The notes under the pieces: generated by a model
What the model was told of the DNA's origin: nothing
The model's database searches: none
What the model saw: the letters and a program-made list of their open reading frames with translations, nothing else
Position numbers and translations under genes: made by a program
Origin: Phoronis australis
Lineage: Eukaryota; Animalia; Phoronida
Direction: 5' to 3'
NCBI GenBank assembly: GCA_002633005.1
Contig: NMRA01000037.1
Location: forward strand, 310,001-374,000
DNA: 64,000 nucleotides
Part shown: piece after piece, positions 63,422 through 64,000 of the stretch
Position numbering within the stretch: position 1 is the first letter of the stretch
Layout of the letters: every line of letters begins with the position of its first letter

Positions 63422-63577
63422 CTGGGCCCAGTTGCATAAAAGTTATACGCCGTATAGCAACAATGACGTCGCATTATCGGGCGTCACGTTGTTATTGTTG
63501 AACAACGCATCTGACGTCATGCAACAATCAAACTTATCCAGCGGATAAATTTTGAAGCTTTATGCAACTCAGCCCTG
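63422..63577. mobile_element. PIF/Harbinger-like MITE with CTG target duplication
   Basis: CTG-ggcccagttgcataaa...tttatgcaactcagcc-CTG. Confidence 0.75.
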
Positions 63578-64000
63578 TTCTTTCCACTAGTAAGTTACAT
63601 AAAACTTCACAAGTATGCCTAACACAGGAAATGCGCTGTCAAACATGTTACGTGAATAGGTTTCGCAACGGTAAGCGGCCTATGCGCCTATAGGCGTAAC
63701 ACTGTACTTTAGTAAGCACTTTTTTTGAAAAGCGCATTATTTCTGATATAGGCGCATGGGTCTACGTATGTGTACATACGGCAAAGAGCCAAAATGCACC
63801 AATTTATGCTTTTTCAAAAACTGGTGAGCGCTTATAGGAACTATGATGAAATTATGGGATCCCTTACAAAGAGTCCCGAAATCTCCCTCATCAAATTAGG
63901 GACAATAAAGCACAAAAAATATTAATTTCTCTAAAGCGCTTGGTCTACCCAATTGTTCTTCGCATAAACGCATTTTAGGCATTTGAAATGAAACACTGAA

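Noticed and set aside
63101-63548. ORFs of 106 and 124 aa as further stathmin-gene exons
   Set aside because: They overlap MITE and repeat sequence and lack coiled-coil character.

Overview
AT-rich, intron-rich animal DNA. It looks like an invertebrate bilaterian, probably a lophotrochozoan, but the taxon is an inference. Four protein-coding genes could be spliced together by hand from GT-AG signals and reading-frame phase. (1) An Ets1/2 (pointed-P2-like) transcription factor on the minus strand, about 10 coding exons at 26785..4261, with the ERK site PLTP, a PNT domain and an ETS domain. (2) An 18-exon RRM + F-box + leucine-rich-repeat gene (EEED8.10-like architecture) on the plus strand, 39474..54906. 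(3) MTFP1/MTP18 on the minus strand, 59024..56356. (4) A 5' coding exon of a stathmin-domain (STMND1-like) gene at 61768..61935. The rest is introns and intergenic DNA with many short non-autonomous DNA transposons, minisatellites, and two near-identical duplications separated by a single N, probably uncollapsed haplotypes. The most notable observations are: a 42-bp minisatellite that has quadruplicated an Ets 3' splice site in frame; a dense cluster of Capicua-type TGAATGAA octamers in the long Ets intron; an Ets micro-exon that seems to need a non-canonical AT donor; a recursive-splice-like AG|GTAAAT at the Ets autoinhibition exon; and the RNA-binding F-box protein itself. All coordinates were read manually and may be off by a few bases. 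No database searches were run.
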